From: an uncultured Elusimicrobiaceae bacterium
GTDB lineage: Bacteria; Elusimicrobiota; Elusimicrobia; Elusimicrobiales; UBA9959
Reading direction: 5' to 3'
DNA length: 64,000 bases
Assembly (NCBI GenBank): GCA_964417965.1
Contig: CAYQJX010000002.1
Location: 80,486-144,485, forward strand
In this document: one piece after another, positions 1 to 9,034 of the stretch
Layout: each line of letters opens with the position of its first letter
Position numbering within the stretch: the stretch's first letter is position 1
Translations under genes and position numbers: made by a program
The notes under the pieces: generated by a model
Database searches by the model: none
What the model saw: only the letters and a program-made list of their open reading frames with translations
Told to the model about the DNA's origin: nothing

Positions 1-60
1 TTTTAAAGTCCATAGGTATATTATCCCAAATTAGAGATGGTCCTGCCGGAAAGTTTCTCC

Positions 61-115
61 GTCATTCCCGCGCAGGCGGGAATCCAGGCTGGATCCCCGC
101 TTTCGCGGGGATGAC
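61..115. repeat. Compound palindromic (REP-like) element with two GC hairpins inside an outer pairing
   Basis: Hairpin 1 is attcccgc-gcag-gcgggaat (64-83). Hairpin 2 is atccccgc-tttc-gcggggat (93-112). Both are flanked by gtcat (61-65) and atgac (111-115). The element lies just 3' of the minus-strand CDS ending at 150, so it may also act as that gene's terminator. Confidence 0.6.
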
Positions 116-149
116 AACTGTGAAAGGGCTTGTGGGGAAGGGGCTGGCG

Positions 150-1262
150 TCAGGGGACGCACATGGGCGCGGCGAGTTCTTTGGAGCAGTCCACCACCTG
201 CGGCGCCAGTATGGGCCGGAACACCGCCACGAAGATCTCCTTCTGAATGGAGGTCAGCGAGGCCTGGTAGTCGTAGAAATACGAGCCGTGCCAGGCCTTG
301 ATGTCGCGGATCTTGAAAAGGTCCTTGCGGGCCTCTTTCTTGAGCAGCTTGTTGTGCAGGATGAGGTCGATCAGGGTGGGCTCCACGTTCTCCACTTCGG
401 CGTCGGCCTGGAAATTGGAGTCGGCGGCGGGGATCTCGTTGGAATAGGCGTCGCGCATGGCCCAGATATTGCGCCAGACTTTTACCACGGCCGGCTTGGT
501 GACGCGCTTTTCCAGCTTTTCCTTGGTCACTTCCAGCTTGATGAACATCTTCACCACGAAATTGGCGGGCACCAGCGGGGAGCCGGCGGTAATGAGCTTG
601 TCTATTCTTACGTCCGGGCGCTCGGTCCCGACGCGGTGCAGGGCGGTGTGGGCCAGCATGGAGCCCCAGCTGTGGGCCAGGATGTAGACCGGGCGGCCGG
701 TGTTCTTATAGGCGTCGTAAATCTCGATTATCCGGGCCTGCAGTACGGGCAGGGTGGCCTTGGTGTCGCCCGGGTCGCGCGACCAGGTGAAGGGCACTAT
801 TATCACGTTGTGCTGGTCGTAGCCCGGGATCTCCTTGAGCTTAGTCTCAAGGTAATTGTCGTCCAGGCGGGCGGGGTCGTGCTTCGCCTCCGCGCCGGCC
901 TCCTCATCCTCGGGGAAGAAATAGCGCGGGCTGAAGCCGACTATGCCGTTTACGATGTCGGTCTCGCTGATTTCTTTGTTGCGGAAGAAGGCCTGGATGA
1001 ACCGCAGGATGTTCTTAAGCTCCAGGCAGCCGTAGCCGATCTCGCCGAACTTGAGGCCCGGGATGGTTATGACCACCGGGTCCAGGCCGTTCCTGGCGTC
1101 CAGGACTTCGGCGTAGGCCTGGCGGGGTTCCGGCAGGCGCAGGTCCGCGGTCAGCTCCTGTATGTCGGAGGCGCCCAGGGAGTCCAGCTCGAAGGCGGGG
1201 GCCTGGGAGAGGAGGGAGAAGGAGAGCAATACCGCGCTAAATACGGTTTTTAGCGATTTCAT
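150..1262 (-). CDS. Secreted alpha/beta-hydrolase (lipase/esterase-like)
   Basis: Has an N-terminal signal peptide, MKSLKTVFSAVLLSFSLLSQAPA. Carries a nucleophile-elbow variant AHSWG in YILAHSWGSMLAH. The antisense 380-aa ORF is compositionally a GC shadow. Confidence 0.7.
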   Translation of the reverse strand: MKSLKTVFSAVLLSFSLLSQAPAFELDSLGASDIQELTADLRLPEPRQAYAEVLDARNGLDPVVITIPGLKFGEIGYGCLELKNILRFIQAFFRNKEISETDIVNGIVGFSPRYFFPEDEEAGAEAKHDPARLDDNYLETKLKEIPGYDQHNVIIVPFTWSRDPGDTKATLPVLQARIIEIYDAYKNTGRPVYILAHSWGSMLAHTALHRVGTERPDVRIDKLITAGSPLVPANFVVKMFIKLEVTKEKLEKRVTKPAVVKVWRNIWAMRDAYSNEIPAADSNFQADAEVENVEPTLIDLILHNKLLKKEARKDLFKIRDIKAWHGSYFYDYQASLTSIQKEIFVAVFRPILAPQVVDCSKELAAPMCVP

Positions 1263-1319
1263 AAGATAGTATAATCATTATATAAAATAAAGCGCAGTTA
1301 TTGACGGTAGTCAACGCTC
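1263..1319. promoter_or_regulatory. AT-rich divergent intergenic region with TATAAT-like hexamers
   Basis: Sits between divergent CDS starts at 1262 (-) and 1320 (+). Contains tataat at 1270-1275 and tataaa at 1281-1286. It is much more AT-rich than its flanks. Confidence 0.3.
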
Positions 1320-3131
1320 ATGATCAAAGATAATTTCGGCCGTACCGGCATTTTCCTGGCCCTTAACTTAGCCCTGTCGCTGTTCATCTGCTCCTTTTTC
1401 CTCTTTTTCGCGGGGTCCCACCCGCTGGGCCTGGCCTTTGCCGCGCTGGCGCTGGTCTCCAATACGGCCATGCTCTACGCTCCGCTGGCGCTGGCCGCCG
1501 CGCTCCTGTCCCACTTTGCCGCCGGCCGCGCCGCGCTGGTCTTCCTGGCCGGCGCCCTGCAGCTGGCGCTGATAACCGACGCCGCCATCTACAAGATCTT
1601 CCACTTCCACCTGAATTCCATGGCGCTGAACCTGGTGCTGACCCCCGGCGGCCTGGAGTCGCTGGACCAGGGCTGGCTCACCAAGGCGCTGTTCGTCCTG
1701 GCCGCCTTGCTGGCGGGGGCCGCGCAGTGGTACTTTCTGCGCCTCGCGGCCCGGCTGGCGCCGGGGCTTACTCCCCGCGCGCTGAAGACGGCCGCCGCCG
1801 TGCTGCTAGCCTGCGTGCTGGCCGACAAAGGCCTGTTCGCCTGGGGCTCGCTGACCGATTCCGTGCAGATAACCCGCAACGGCCAGCTCTTCCCGCTGTA
1901 CCAGAAGGTCAGCGTGCGGAGCTTCGCCAGCCGTCACCTCGGGGTGAAGCTCGACAGGGAAGTGAAGGCCGGCATAGACCCGCGCTATTCGGGGCTGGCT
2001 TATCCCAGGGCCGCGTTGAGGACCGAGCCGCCGGCCAGGCCGCTCAACGTGCTGCTGATCGTGGTGGATTCCATGCGCTACGACATGTTAAGCCCCGAGA
2101 TCATGCCGGAGACGTGGGCGCTGGGGAAAAAGGCCTCCGTCTTCCGGAACCATTACAGCGGCGGCAACTGCACCCGCTTCGGCATCTTCTCGCTCTTTTA
2201 CGGCCTGTACGGCAATTACTGGTTCCACATGCTGGGCGAGCGGCGCGGCCCGGTGCTTATAGATGTGCTGAAGGAACAGGGCTATGACCTGCGGCTGTTC
2301 TCCGCCTCGAAGCTTAGCTTCCCGGAGTTCAACAAGACCTGCTTCGTGGAGGTGCCTCGCAGCGGCATCTACGACGAACCGGCGGGGGCCGACGGCGCCC
2401 TGCGGGACAGGGACATCTCGGAAAAGTTCATGGAGTACCTGAAAGGCCGGGATCCGAAAAAGCCGTATTTCTCCTTCATCTTCTACGACGCCTCCCACGG
2501 CAGCTACGACTACGAGCCGGCCTTCGAGAAGTTCAAGCCTTCGGCCGCCGTCAACCTGCTGCGCCTGAACAAGGGCAACGTCCCGCCGCTCTTCAACAAG
2601 TACAAGAACTCCGTGCATTACGACGACCACCTGATCGGCCGCATAGTGAAGACCGTCCGCGAGACCGGCGGCATGGAGAATACGGTGATAGTGGTGGCGG
2701 GCGACCACGGCGAGCCGTTCTTCGAGAAAGGCTATTACGGGCATAACCAGGGCTACAGCGAGGAGGAGGTGCGCGTGCCGCTGCTGTTCTACCGGCCCGG
2801 CCGCGCCCCGGCCGTGGTGAACAGCGTCACCAGCCATCTGGACCTGCCCGCCGCGCTGCTGGGCCTGGCGGGCGTTAAGAACCCGCCCTCCGACTACTCT
2901 AGCGGGCGGGACCTGTTCGCTTCCGGCGACAGGGAGTTCGTGACGTCTTTTTCCTGGGATACGGCGGCGATAATACGCGGGGGGGAAACCCTGGTGATGC
3001 CGCTGGAGGCCTACCGGGGCGGGGTAACGGTTTACGACGGGGACTATCAGGAAGCGGGGAAAGAACGGGTTAAGGGTTTTACCCCGCTGCTGCTGTCCTT
3101 CCAGAAAGAAGCCAAAAGGTTTACTAAATAA
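1320..3131 (+). CDS. Inner-membrane alkaline-phosphatase/sulfatase-superfamily protein (YejM/PbgA/LapC-like)
   Basis: The N-terminal ~190 aa are multi-TM. A sulfatase-type domain follows, with LLIVVDSMRYD, GGNCTRFGIFSLFYG and VIVVAGDHGEPF. Confidence 0.75.
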   Translation: MIKDNFGRTGIFLALNLALSLFICSFFLFFAGSHPLGLAFAALALVSNTAMLYAPLALAAALLSHFAAGRAALVFLAGALQLALITDAAIYKIFHFHLNSMALNLVLTPGGLESLDQGWLTKALFVLAALLAGAAQWYFLRLAARLAPGLTPRALKTAAAVLLACVLADKGLFAWGSLTDSVQITRNGQLFPLYQKVSVRSFASRHLGVKLDREVKAGIDPRYSGLAYPRAALRTEPPARPLNVLLIVVDSMRYDMLSPEIMPETWALGKKASVFRNHYSGGNCTRFGIFSLFYGLYGNYWFHMLGERRGPVLIDVLKEQGYDLRLFSASKLSFPEFNKTCFVEVPRSGIYDEPAGADGALRDRDISEKFMEYLKGRDPKKPYFSFIFYDASHGSYDYEPAFEKFKPSAAVNLLRLNKGNVPPLFNKYKNSVHYDDHLIGRIVKTVRETGGMENTVIVVAGDHGEPFFEKGYYGHNQGYSEEEVRVPLLFYRPGRAPAVVNSVTSHLDLPAALLGLAGVKNPPSDYSSGRDLFASGDREFVTSFSWDTAAIIRGGETLVMPLEAYRGGVTVYDGDYQEAGKERVKGFTPLLLSFQKEAKRFTK

Positions 3132-3244
3132 TTCAGTTCCGGATATGTGAGGCTTTGAAATGGGGTTGTGTGCTGGTTGAATTCCGCGGGCGCAATGGAC
3201 GCAGTATGTCAGAAGACTGTCTCCCCCGGCACATTCGGAGTGGT

Positions 3245-3676
3245 TTAAAAAGCTAAAACAAACATAGCCCCTACAGTGCCGGATCTTGTGTTTTGTTTGG
3301 CACCTTTAATTTGCAGCAACATGTCGGCGCAACTGGAATGCTTTGACCCAAATTCCAACGGCATCTGTTGATAGTTAAAGATAAAAAGGCTCTTGGTTGA
3401 ATCACCCTGATAATTCACTTCACTCTTTGATCTGTTTTGGACACACCAAATAACATGCTTGTTGAGATATTTGTCTGGGGACTTGATTGCTTGGTCGAAA
3501 CTTATATCCAATTCCTTTGCCTCTGTAATCATTGGTTTAAATGGGCTCATTCTTTTATCATGGTCCCTGATTATCACCGTTAGTGTTAAACTGCCAAAGA
3601 CTATAATAAATCCAACCCCCACGGTTTTGAGCCATCGGGAAGTGAGTTCCGCATATCTTGTTGATTTTTTCGTCAT
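3245..3676 (-). CDS. Hypothetical membrane-anchored protein (AT-rich islet)
   Basis: 143 aa with a single N-terminal TM segment, VGVGFIIVFGSLTLTVII. I recognise no family. Appears operonic with the two upstream islet genes. Confidence 0.55.
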   Translation of the reverse strand: MTKKSTRYAELTSRWLKTVGVGFIIVFGSLTLTVIIRDHDKRMSPFKPMITEAKELDISFDQAIKSPDKYLNKHVIWCVQNRSKSEVNYQGDSTKSLFIFNYQQMPLEFGSKHSSCADMLLQIKGAKQNTRSGTVGAMFVLAF

Positions 3677-3692
3677 ACAGCGCTTGGATGGA

Positions 3693-4433
3693 TTAAAATT
3701 TTATGATGAACCATGACGCGACCCAATTATTCGCGGAATGTGCTGCTACACTGCTCCAAATAGAGCCATCCCATCTCCTCAATAAGCCGTAGAAAATTCC
3801 CTTTATAAATATTTCCAGGCTAAAGGAAATTAGGCTGGAAGTGTGGAATGCGGAAAATGCGAGAGAACTTCCTAAAACAGCCCAGACCCACCCTACCCTT
3901 TTCTCTAGAACTGTGAAAACGAGGCCCCTATAAAACAATTCCTCAAATAGAGGGCTGACGAACGGAACTATAACTAAATGATAGTAGACTACCGGGTTGT
4001 TAAGTGCCTCCCAAAAGCCGCTTAATTCAATAGATGGAAATACTATCCCCCCCGCATTTCCAAGCAACGCTTTTTTTAGTAACCGATATGAGATGATAAG
4101 CGCTACGCCTGCAACAATTTTTAAATAATTGTTTGCGCCCCGCCACCCAAGATCCTGTGCGGTGAGGTTGTATAGCCTGAGTCCACCGAGTATAAGCAAT
4201 ATTTGCCAGTTAATAATGAGAATGTTTTTAACCACAGTAATTGTGAAGTCCAAGATGTACTTGTCGTAGTTGCTGTTTGAAAAGTAGTTGAAGACATGTG
4301 CATGCATTCCACCGGAGAATAAGTAAAAGAATTGGTTGAATAGAAGAATCAGGAGTAATGCGGCGTAATACTTCTTGTGGGAGGTGCACGCCCCTCCCAC
4401 GTTGCCGAAAGATATTTCTTTGTTTGATTTCAT
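3693..4433 (-). CDS. CPBP family intramembrane glutamic endopeptidase (CAAX protease/Abi-like)
   Basis: Contains EELFYRG, FHT (SAFHTSS) and AAHSANN motifs in a multi-TM protein. I moved the start to the ATG at 4433 (MKSNKEISF...) because the upstream part of the track ORF overlaps the preceding gene. Confidence 0.8.
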   Translation of the reverse strand: MKSNKEISFGNVGGACTSHKKYYAALLLILLFNQFFYLFSGGMHAHVFNYFSNSNYDKYILDFTITVVKNILIINWQILLILGGLRLYNLTAQDLGWRGANNYLKIVAGVALIISYRLLKKALLGNAGGIVFPSIELSGFWEALNNPVVYYHLVIVPFVSPLFEELFYRGLVFTVLEKRVGWVWAVLGSSLAFSAFHTSSLISFSLEIFIKGIFYGLLRRWDGSIWSSVAAHSANNWVASWFIIKF

Positions 4434-4443
4434 CGCTCTGATA

Positions 4444-5025
4444 TTACGGACGAGTGCAGTAGTTGGACCCATTGCAGGTGGGGGCGCCACCGCTGGGGTG
4501 CACATCGTAATCCTCGTTCGGAGGGGGTGGCTTGGGGTTAGTGTTTGACGTGAATGGGTCCAATAGAAAATGAACCACAGTGTCCACATCGTCAGAGTAA
4601 CTTTTGTTTTTAGCCGAAACCGCCAATGCGACGGCGCCAGCAATCAGCACTCCGGCACCAATTGGAAGGCTTTCTTCTTCCGAACCGGTTTTGCCAGAAC
4701 CGGGGGTCATGGGAGGCACTTTGCCTGCAAGGGTGATTTTGGACGGCTTTGCGTTACATATTTCTTTTTCGCTTCGGGCTGGTGCTCTTTGTGAATTCCC
4801 GCGTTCCGCGTAAACTACTGAAGAGTCAGTTTCCCCTTTTGCTGTTGAGCCGCTGTAAAAGCTGCCAAGGACATTTCCAGCTTCACCAAAGTTCTTGTTC
4901 ATATCTATGGAAGACATTTTATCAGTTGTTTCTGTAAGATTTCCTATTGTGCCTTCTGCTTTAACCATGGAAACCGTCGCTAATATTACCGCAAACATCG
5001 CAACCGATATTTTGCTTTTTTCCAT
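4444..5025 (-). CDS. Hypothetical exported protein with a late TM segment and Cys-containing C-terminus
   Basis: Signal peptide MEKSKISVAMFAVILATVSMVKA. Internal hydrophobic stretch LPIGAGVLIAGAVALAVSA. The C-terminus is ...PPPPNEDYDVHPSGGAPTCNGSNYCTRP. The stop lies 10 nt before the CPBP gene start. Confidence 0.6.
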   Translation of the reverse strand: MEKSKISVAMFAVILATVSMVKAEGTIGNLTETTDKMSSIDMNKNFGEAGNVLGSFYSGSTAKGETDSSVVYAERGNSQRAPARSEKEICNAKPSKITLAGKVPPMTPGSGKTGSEEESLPIGAGVLIAGAVALAVSAKNKSYSDDVDTVVHFLLDPFTSNTNPKPPPPNEDYDVHPSGGAPTCNGSNYCTRP

Positions 5026-5064
5026 GTCCCTTGTTCTCCCTTTGAAATTCCTGCTGTTTGTCCA

Positions 5065-5101
5065 TTAAAAAAGGGAAAGCAAATTTTATTTTGCTTTCCC
5101 T
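5065..5101 (-). terminator. Rho-independent terminator (minus strand)
   Basis: Perfect 12-bp stem agggaaagcaaa (5072-5083) / tttgctttccct (5090-5101). Read on the minus strand it is followed by a U-run (plus-strand A-run 5067-5071). Confidence 0.7.
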
Positions 5102-5292
5102 GGATACACCGGATTACGGTCCGGTCGTGGATACTCCGGGGCCAATCCCCCGAATTACAAGGCTATATACTACGCTACAGTTAGAGCATACCCCACAGGA
5201 CTTGACTGGACAAGGGTATTAAGGGAATGTTTGTGCGTGCCGAAGGACCTACTCGGGGTTTATTGCGATTTGGTGGGCTCTAAAGCTAATTC

Positions 5293-6348
5293 CTAGCGCT
5301 GCAGTTTCAATTGAGCCCCGTCCGCCGAACCCCGTGCTCCCGAGAAACCTGGCTGGCTGGCTTTCAGCCCGGCCAGGGCGCGGCAGAAAGCCTCTGCCGC
5401 GTCGGCTACTTCTATGTCGCGGCAGGTCTTGTGGCCCCTGGAAACGATGGCGGAGTGGATTCTGCCTTTGGGCTTCCAGCATTTCTCGTTATAGGGCCGG
5501 TTGAAGGAGAAGGTGGGCACGCCGGCCGCGGCGGCCAGGTGCAGCGTGCCGGTGCTGTTGCAGACCAGGATGGAGCAGTGCTTCAGGATGCCGGCGGTCA
5601 GCTCCTGGGATTTAGGGGGGATGTTCTTGACGCCGGGCAGGTGGCGCAGTATCCCATCAGCCGTTTCTTTTTCCTCGCCCAGCCCAACGAGGTAGAAAGG
5701 AGAGACCTTCTCCAGCTTCAGCAGTTCCCGCGTGAACTCCACGAACTTCTCCTCCGGCCAGCGGTTCTCGTACTTCTTGAAGTTGCCGGGATGGATGGCG
5801 ACTATCGCGTCGCCGGGCGGGAAACCGAGACCGTCCACCAGCCTTTTGCCCTCCGCCAGCACGTCCGGGGGCAGGGTAACACGCATGCTTTCCGGCGGGG
5901 TGAAGCCGAGGCGCTCGGCGAGGGCCACGTACTTCTCCATGAAGTGATCTTTCTCCAGGTCGTGAGGCAGGGTAAGGGTGTAGGCGCCGGCCGGGGCGGG
6001 TTTCTCGAAGGCGATGCGTTCCGGGGCGCGCGCCAGGCGCATCAGGGACAGCGAGGCCCGGCTATAGGCCGGGTTCAAGTCTATGGCCAGGTCGCAGCGC
6101 CGCCAGGCGGCGGCGAACATCTTAAGCGTGCTCGGCGGGTGATGCCAACCCTTGAAGACCACCACCTTATCCAGGTCCGGGTTGCCGGTAGCCAGACCGG
6201 CGGCCTTGGAGGAAGTGATGAGGGTGATCTCGGCGCCTGGGTATTTCTTGCGCAGGCCTTCCAGGAAAGGCGTGGTGACGATGTAATCGCCCAGGCGGCC
6301 CAGCAGTATGAGCAGTATCTTCCGGTAAACTTTTTGTTCAGCTTTCAT
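5293..6348 (-). CDS. Glycosyltransferase family 9 (LPS heptosyltransferase-like)
   Basis: The N-terminus KILLILLGRLGDYIVTTPFLEGLRKKYPGAEITLI is typical of GT9. The C-terminal part contains CNSTGTLHLAAAAGVPT. Confidence 0.8.
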   Translation of the reverse strand: MKAEQKVYRKILLILLGRLGDYIVTTPFLEGLRKKYPGAEITLITSSKAAGLATGNPDLDKVVVFKGWHHPPSTLKMFAAAWRRCDLAIDLNPAYSRASLSLMRLARAPERIAFEKPAPAGAYTLTLPHDLEKDHFMEKYVALAERLGFTPPESMRVTLPPDVLAEGKRLVDGLGFPPGDAIVAIHPGNFKKYENRWPEEKFVEFTRELLKLEKVSPFYLVGLGEEKETADGILRHLPGVKNIPPKSQELTAGILKHCSILVCNSTGTLHLAAAAGVPTFSFNRPYNEKCWKPKGRIHSAIVSRGHKTCRDIEVADAAEAFCRALAGLKASQPGFSGARGSADGAQLKLQR

Positions 6349-6712
6349 CCTGGCCTCCGTCGGGCCGCGGCGCGCGCCTGCGGGCTTTCTTCTTGCGTAT
6401 GCGGGCTATCTCCTTGAGCCTTTCCGAAGTGGCCGGGGAGATCCTCACTTCTATCTCGTCCACCAGTTCCCGCAGGGCTATGAAGCGGTTGAGCGAACGC
6501 TTGCGCTCGCGCTGGCATTTCACCACCAGGCCCAGGGCCGGGTAGCGCAGCAGCACCGCGTTGGAGGTTTTGTTGATCTTCTGCCCGCCGTTGCCGCTGC
6601 CGCGGGTGAACTGCTCGTCCACCAGCCGCAGGTCTATGCCGAGCCGGGCGATCCGGGCTTTCAAGGCTTCCACCTTGGCGGCGGTTATGTCGGAGAGTTC
6701 CGGGAAGTTCAC
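6338..6712 (-). CDS. arfB: RF-1 domain peptidyl-tRNA hydrolase (ArfB/YaeJ-like ribosome rescue factor)
   Basis: 124 aa with a GGQ motif in GSGNGGQKINKTSNAV. Has a basic C-terminal tail, RIRKKKARRRAPRP. Confidence 0.7.
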   Translation of the reverse strand: MNFPELSDITAAKVEALKARIARLGIDLRLVDEQFTRGSGNGGQKINKTSNAVLLRYPALGLVVKCQRERKRSLNRFIALRELVDEIEVRISPATSERLKEIARIRKKKARRRAPRPDGGQDES

Positions 6713-6714
6713 GC

Positions 6715-8157
6715 CTACTCCTGCGGCTGGCCGTGCTCGCGCAGGTACTTGCGGATGTGGGAGCGCGCGCCGGCGGTCTTCACCGTGCCCAGCCAGTCCT
6801 TCTTCGGGAAGGAATTCTTGCGCGTGACTATCTCACAGATGTCGCCGCTCTTCATGGGGTGGTCGAGCCGCACCATCTTATTGTTAACCTTGGCGCCGAT
6901 GCAGGTGTTGCCGATGTCCGTGTGGATGGAATAGGCGAAATCTATGGGCGTGGCGTCCACCGGCAGGGGTTTAACGTCGCCCTTGGGGGTGAAGATGAAG
7001 ATCTGGTCCAGCTCCAGGTCGGTCTTGAAGCTCTCTATGAACTCCCGCGGGCTGGAGAGGTCCTGCAGCCACTCCATCCACTGGCGCAGCCAGTTGAGCT
7101 TCTCGTCCAGATGCTTGTCGGCGCCCTTGTCGCCCAGCTTGTAGCGCCAGTGGGCGGCGATGCCGTATTCCGAAGTGCGGTGCATGTCCTCGGTGCGGAT
7201 CTGTATCTCGATGACCTCGCCGGTGCCGGCCATCACGCTGGTGTGGAGGCTCTGGTAGAGGTTCATCTTGGGCACGGCGATATAGTCGGTAAAGGAGCCG
7301 GCCACCGGCTTGAAGACCGAGTGCACCACGCCGAGCAGGGCGTAGCAGTTGATGACGGTGTCTGTGATGACGCGCACGGCGAGGGCGTCCTGGATCTCTT
7401 CGAAGGGCTTCTCCTGGCGGAGCATCTTGCGGTAGATGGAGTAGAGGTTCTTCACGCGGGCCAGCACGCGGTGCGGCACATTGGCGCCGCCGAGGTGTTT
7501 CTCCAGCTCGGTCTTGAAATCGGCCAGCAGCTTCTCCCGCATGGTGTAGCGCAGCTGCACCTTGGCCAGCAGGCTCTGGAATTCGTCGGGATGCAGGTAC
7601 TTGAACGACAGGTCCTCCAGCTCGCTCTTGAGCCGGAAGATGCCGAGGCGCTGCGCCAGCGGGGCGTAAAGGGAAATGGTCTCGTGGCTGATCTCCAGCT
7701 GCTTCTCGCGCGGCAGGAAATTGAGGGTGCGCATGTTGTGCAGGCGGTCGGCCAGCTTGATGACGATCACGCGGATGTCCTTGGCGGTGGCCAGGATCAT
7801 CTTGCGCCAGTTCTCGGCCTGGGCCTCGTCGCGCGAGGAGAACTTCAGCGTCTCTATCTTGGTGACGCCCGCGACCAGGGTGTAGATCTCCTCGCCGAAC
7901 TCCTTGCGGAAGGTCTCGTGGGGGATCTTGGTGTCTTCCAGCACGTCGTGCAGCAGGCCGGCGGCCACGGTCTCCAGGTCCATCTTGTAGTCCACCAGGA
8001 TCTCCGAGACGGCGGCGCAGTGGACGAAGTACTTCTCGCCCGAGGCGCGTTTTTGTTCCTGGTGCGCCTCGCAGGAATAATTCCAGGCGTATTCCAGCAG
8101 GGTGGTGTCCTGGGAAGAGTATTCGCGGAATTTCTTGAGCAGTTCGTCGAGTTCCAT
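6715..8157 (-). CDS. rel: Bifunctional (p)ppGpp synthetase/hydrolase, RelA/SpoT family, short form ending after the TGS domain
   Basis: HD hydrolase motif in AGLLHDVLEDT. Synthetase region includes RVKNLYSIYRKM and DYIAVPKMNLYQSLHTSV. TGS-like FIFTPKGDVKPLPVDATPIDFAYSIH. There is no ACT/RIS C-terminal region. Confidence 0.9.
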   Translation of the reverse strand: MELDELLKKFREYSSQDTTLLEYAWNYSCEAHQEQKRASGEKYFVHCAAVSEILVDYKMDLETVAAGLLHDVLEDTKIPHETFRKEFGEEIYTLVAGVTKIETLKFSSRDEAQAENWRKMILATAKDIRVIVIKLADRLHNMRTLNFLPREKQLEISHETISLYAPLAQRLGIFRLKSELEDLSFKYLHPDEFQSLLAKVQLRYTMREKLLADFKTELEKHLGGANVPHRVLARVKNLYSIYRKMLRQEKPFEEIQDALAVRVITDTVINCYALLGVVHSVFKPVAGSFTDYIAVPKMNLYQSLHTSVMAGTGEVIEIQIRTEDMHRTSEYGIAAHWRYKLGDKGADKHLDEKLNWLRQWMEWLQDLSSPREFIESFKTDLELDQIFIFTPKGDVKPLPVDATPIDFAYSIHTDIGNTCIGAKVNNKMVRLDHPMKSGDICEIVTRKNSFPKKDWLGTVKTAGARSHIRKYLREHGQPQE

Positions 8158-8158
8158 G

Positions 8159-8878
8159 TTAGTCTCCGAAATAGCGGATCAGCAGCACCGTGGCGAAGCC
8201 GAGCGGGAAGATGGCCGGGGTCAGCCGGTCGTAGGTCTTGTGCAGGCGGGGCAGGATGTCCGCCATGGCGATATAGAGGAAGGAGCCGCCGCTGAGGCCC
8301 AGCGCGAAGGCTTCGGCGCCCGGGGGGAGGTTCTGTATCAGGGGGGCCGCGATGAAGGCGCCGGCCGGGGTGGCGGCCGCCAACAGGACGCTGTAGAGCA
8401 GGGTGTCGCGCCGCGACCGGCCCGCGTGCAGCAGCAGCGAGACCAGCGTGATGCCGTCGGCGAACTTGTGCAGCACCACGCCGAGCGCGACGTTGAGGCC
8501 GGCGACCGCGCCCGGCGCGAAGCCCACCGCTATGTTAAAACCGTCCAGCAGCGAGTGCAGCGTCATCGCGGCCAGCGCGAAGGCGCCCATGTGGTGGACG
8601 TGGCAGTCCTCCATGAACTCGCTGCAGGCGCTGTGCGCGGCGAAGGTCTCCAGCGTGAACAGTGCTGCCATGGCCGTCAGCACGCCGTAGGAGAGGGCCG
8701 TGGAGTTAAGGCTGAAGCCGGCCGGGATAATGTCCAGGATAGCGGCCGCGATCAGGACGCCGGCGGCGTAGGCCAGCGTGCGGGCCAGGAAAGTCTTGCT
8801 GAAGCCGCCGAAATGCAGCACCGCCGCCGCCCCCGCCAGCGTAAACACCACCGCGATAATGCTGAAAATGATAACCAT
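8159..8878 (-). CDS. ZIP family divalent metal transporter
   Basis: Multi-TM protein with HSLLDGFNIA and HKFADGITL motifs. The start is set to the ATG at 8878 (MVIIFSIIAVVF...) rather than the longer track ORF. Confidence 0.8.
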   Translation of the reverse strand: MVIIFSIIAVVFTLAGAAAVLHFGGFSKTFLARTLAYAAGVLIAAAILDIIPAGFSLNSTALSYGVLTAMAALFTLETFAAHSACSEFMEDCHVHHMGAFALAAMTLHSLLDGFNIAVGFAPGAVAGLNVALGVVLHKFADGITLVSLLLHAGRSRRDTLLYSVLLAAATPAGAFIAAPLIQNLPPGAEAFALGLSGGSFLYIAMADILPRLHKTYDRLTPAIFPLGFATVLLIRYFGD

Positions 8879-8904
8879 ATAAGAATATCGTGCGCTGCGG
8901 CCGC

Positions 8905-9020
8905 CGAGGGGAACGGAACGCAAAACACGCTCGGGCACACCGTGCCCTCGCTCGGTATTCGCCCGCCGCGCTTATGCAAGCGGCGGGCTCAACGACGGTT
9001 TTGCTAACCCGTTCCCCTCG
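8905..9020 (-). repeat. Structured repeat family, copy A (116 nt)
   Basis: Closing stem cgaggggaacgg (8905-8916) / ccgttcccctcg (9009-9020), extended by gcaaaac/gttttgc. Internal hairpins are gggcac-acc-gtgccc and gcccgccgc-N8-gcggcgggc. The reverse complement aligns to 44751-44866 and 18899-19019. Confidence 0.75.
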
Positions 9021-9034
9021 TCAGCCGTGCGAGT

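Noticed and set aside
4434-4643. Longer N-terminus of the CPBP protease ORF (start at 4643).
   Set aside because: It would overlap the upstream exported-protein gene by 200 nt. The residues are non-membrane and Pro/Thr-rich, whereas the ATG at 4433 precedes the first TM segment.
5102-5292. tRNA gene or attachment site at the edge of the AT-rich islet.
   Set aside because: No cloverleaf with a GTTCGAATC-type T-arm could be found on either strand. I saw no direct repeats shared by the two islet borders.
8879-8938. Longer N-terminus of the ZIP transporter ORF.
   Set aside because: The extension MPERVLRSVPLGGRSARYSY runs into repeat copy A. The ATG at 8878 starts directly at the first TM helix.
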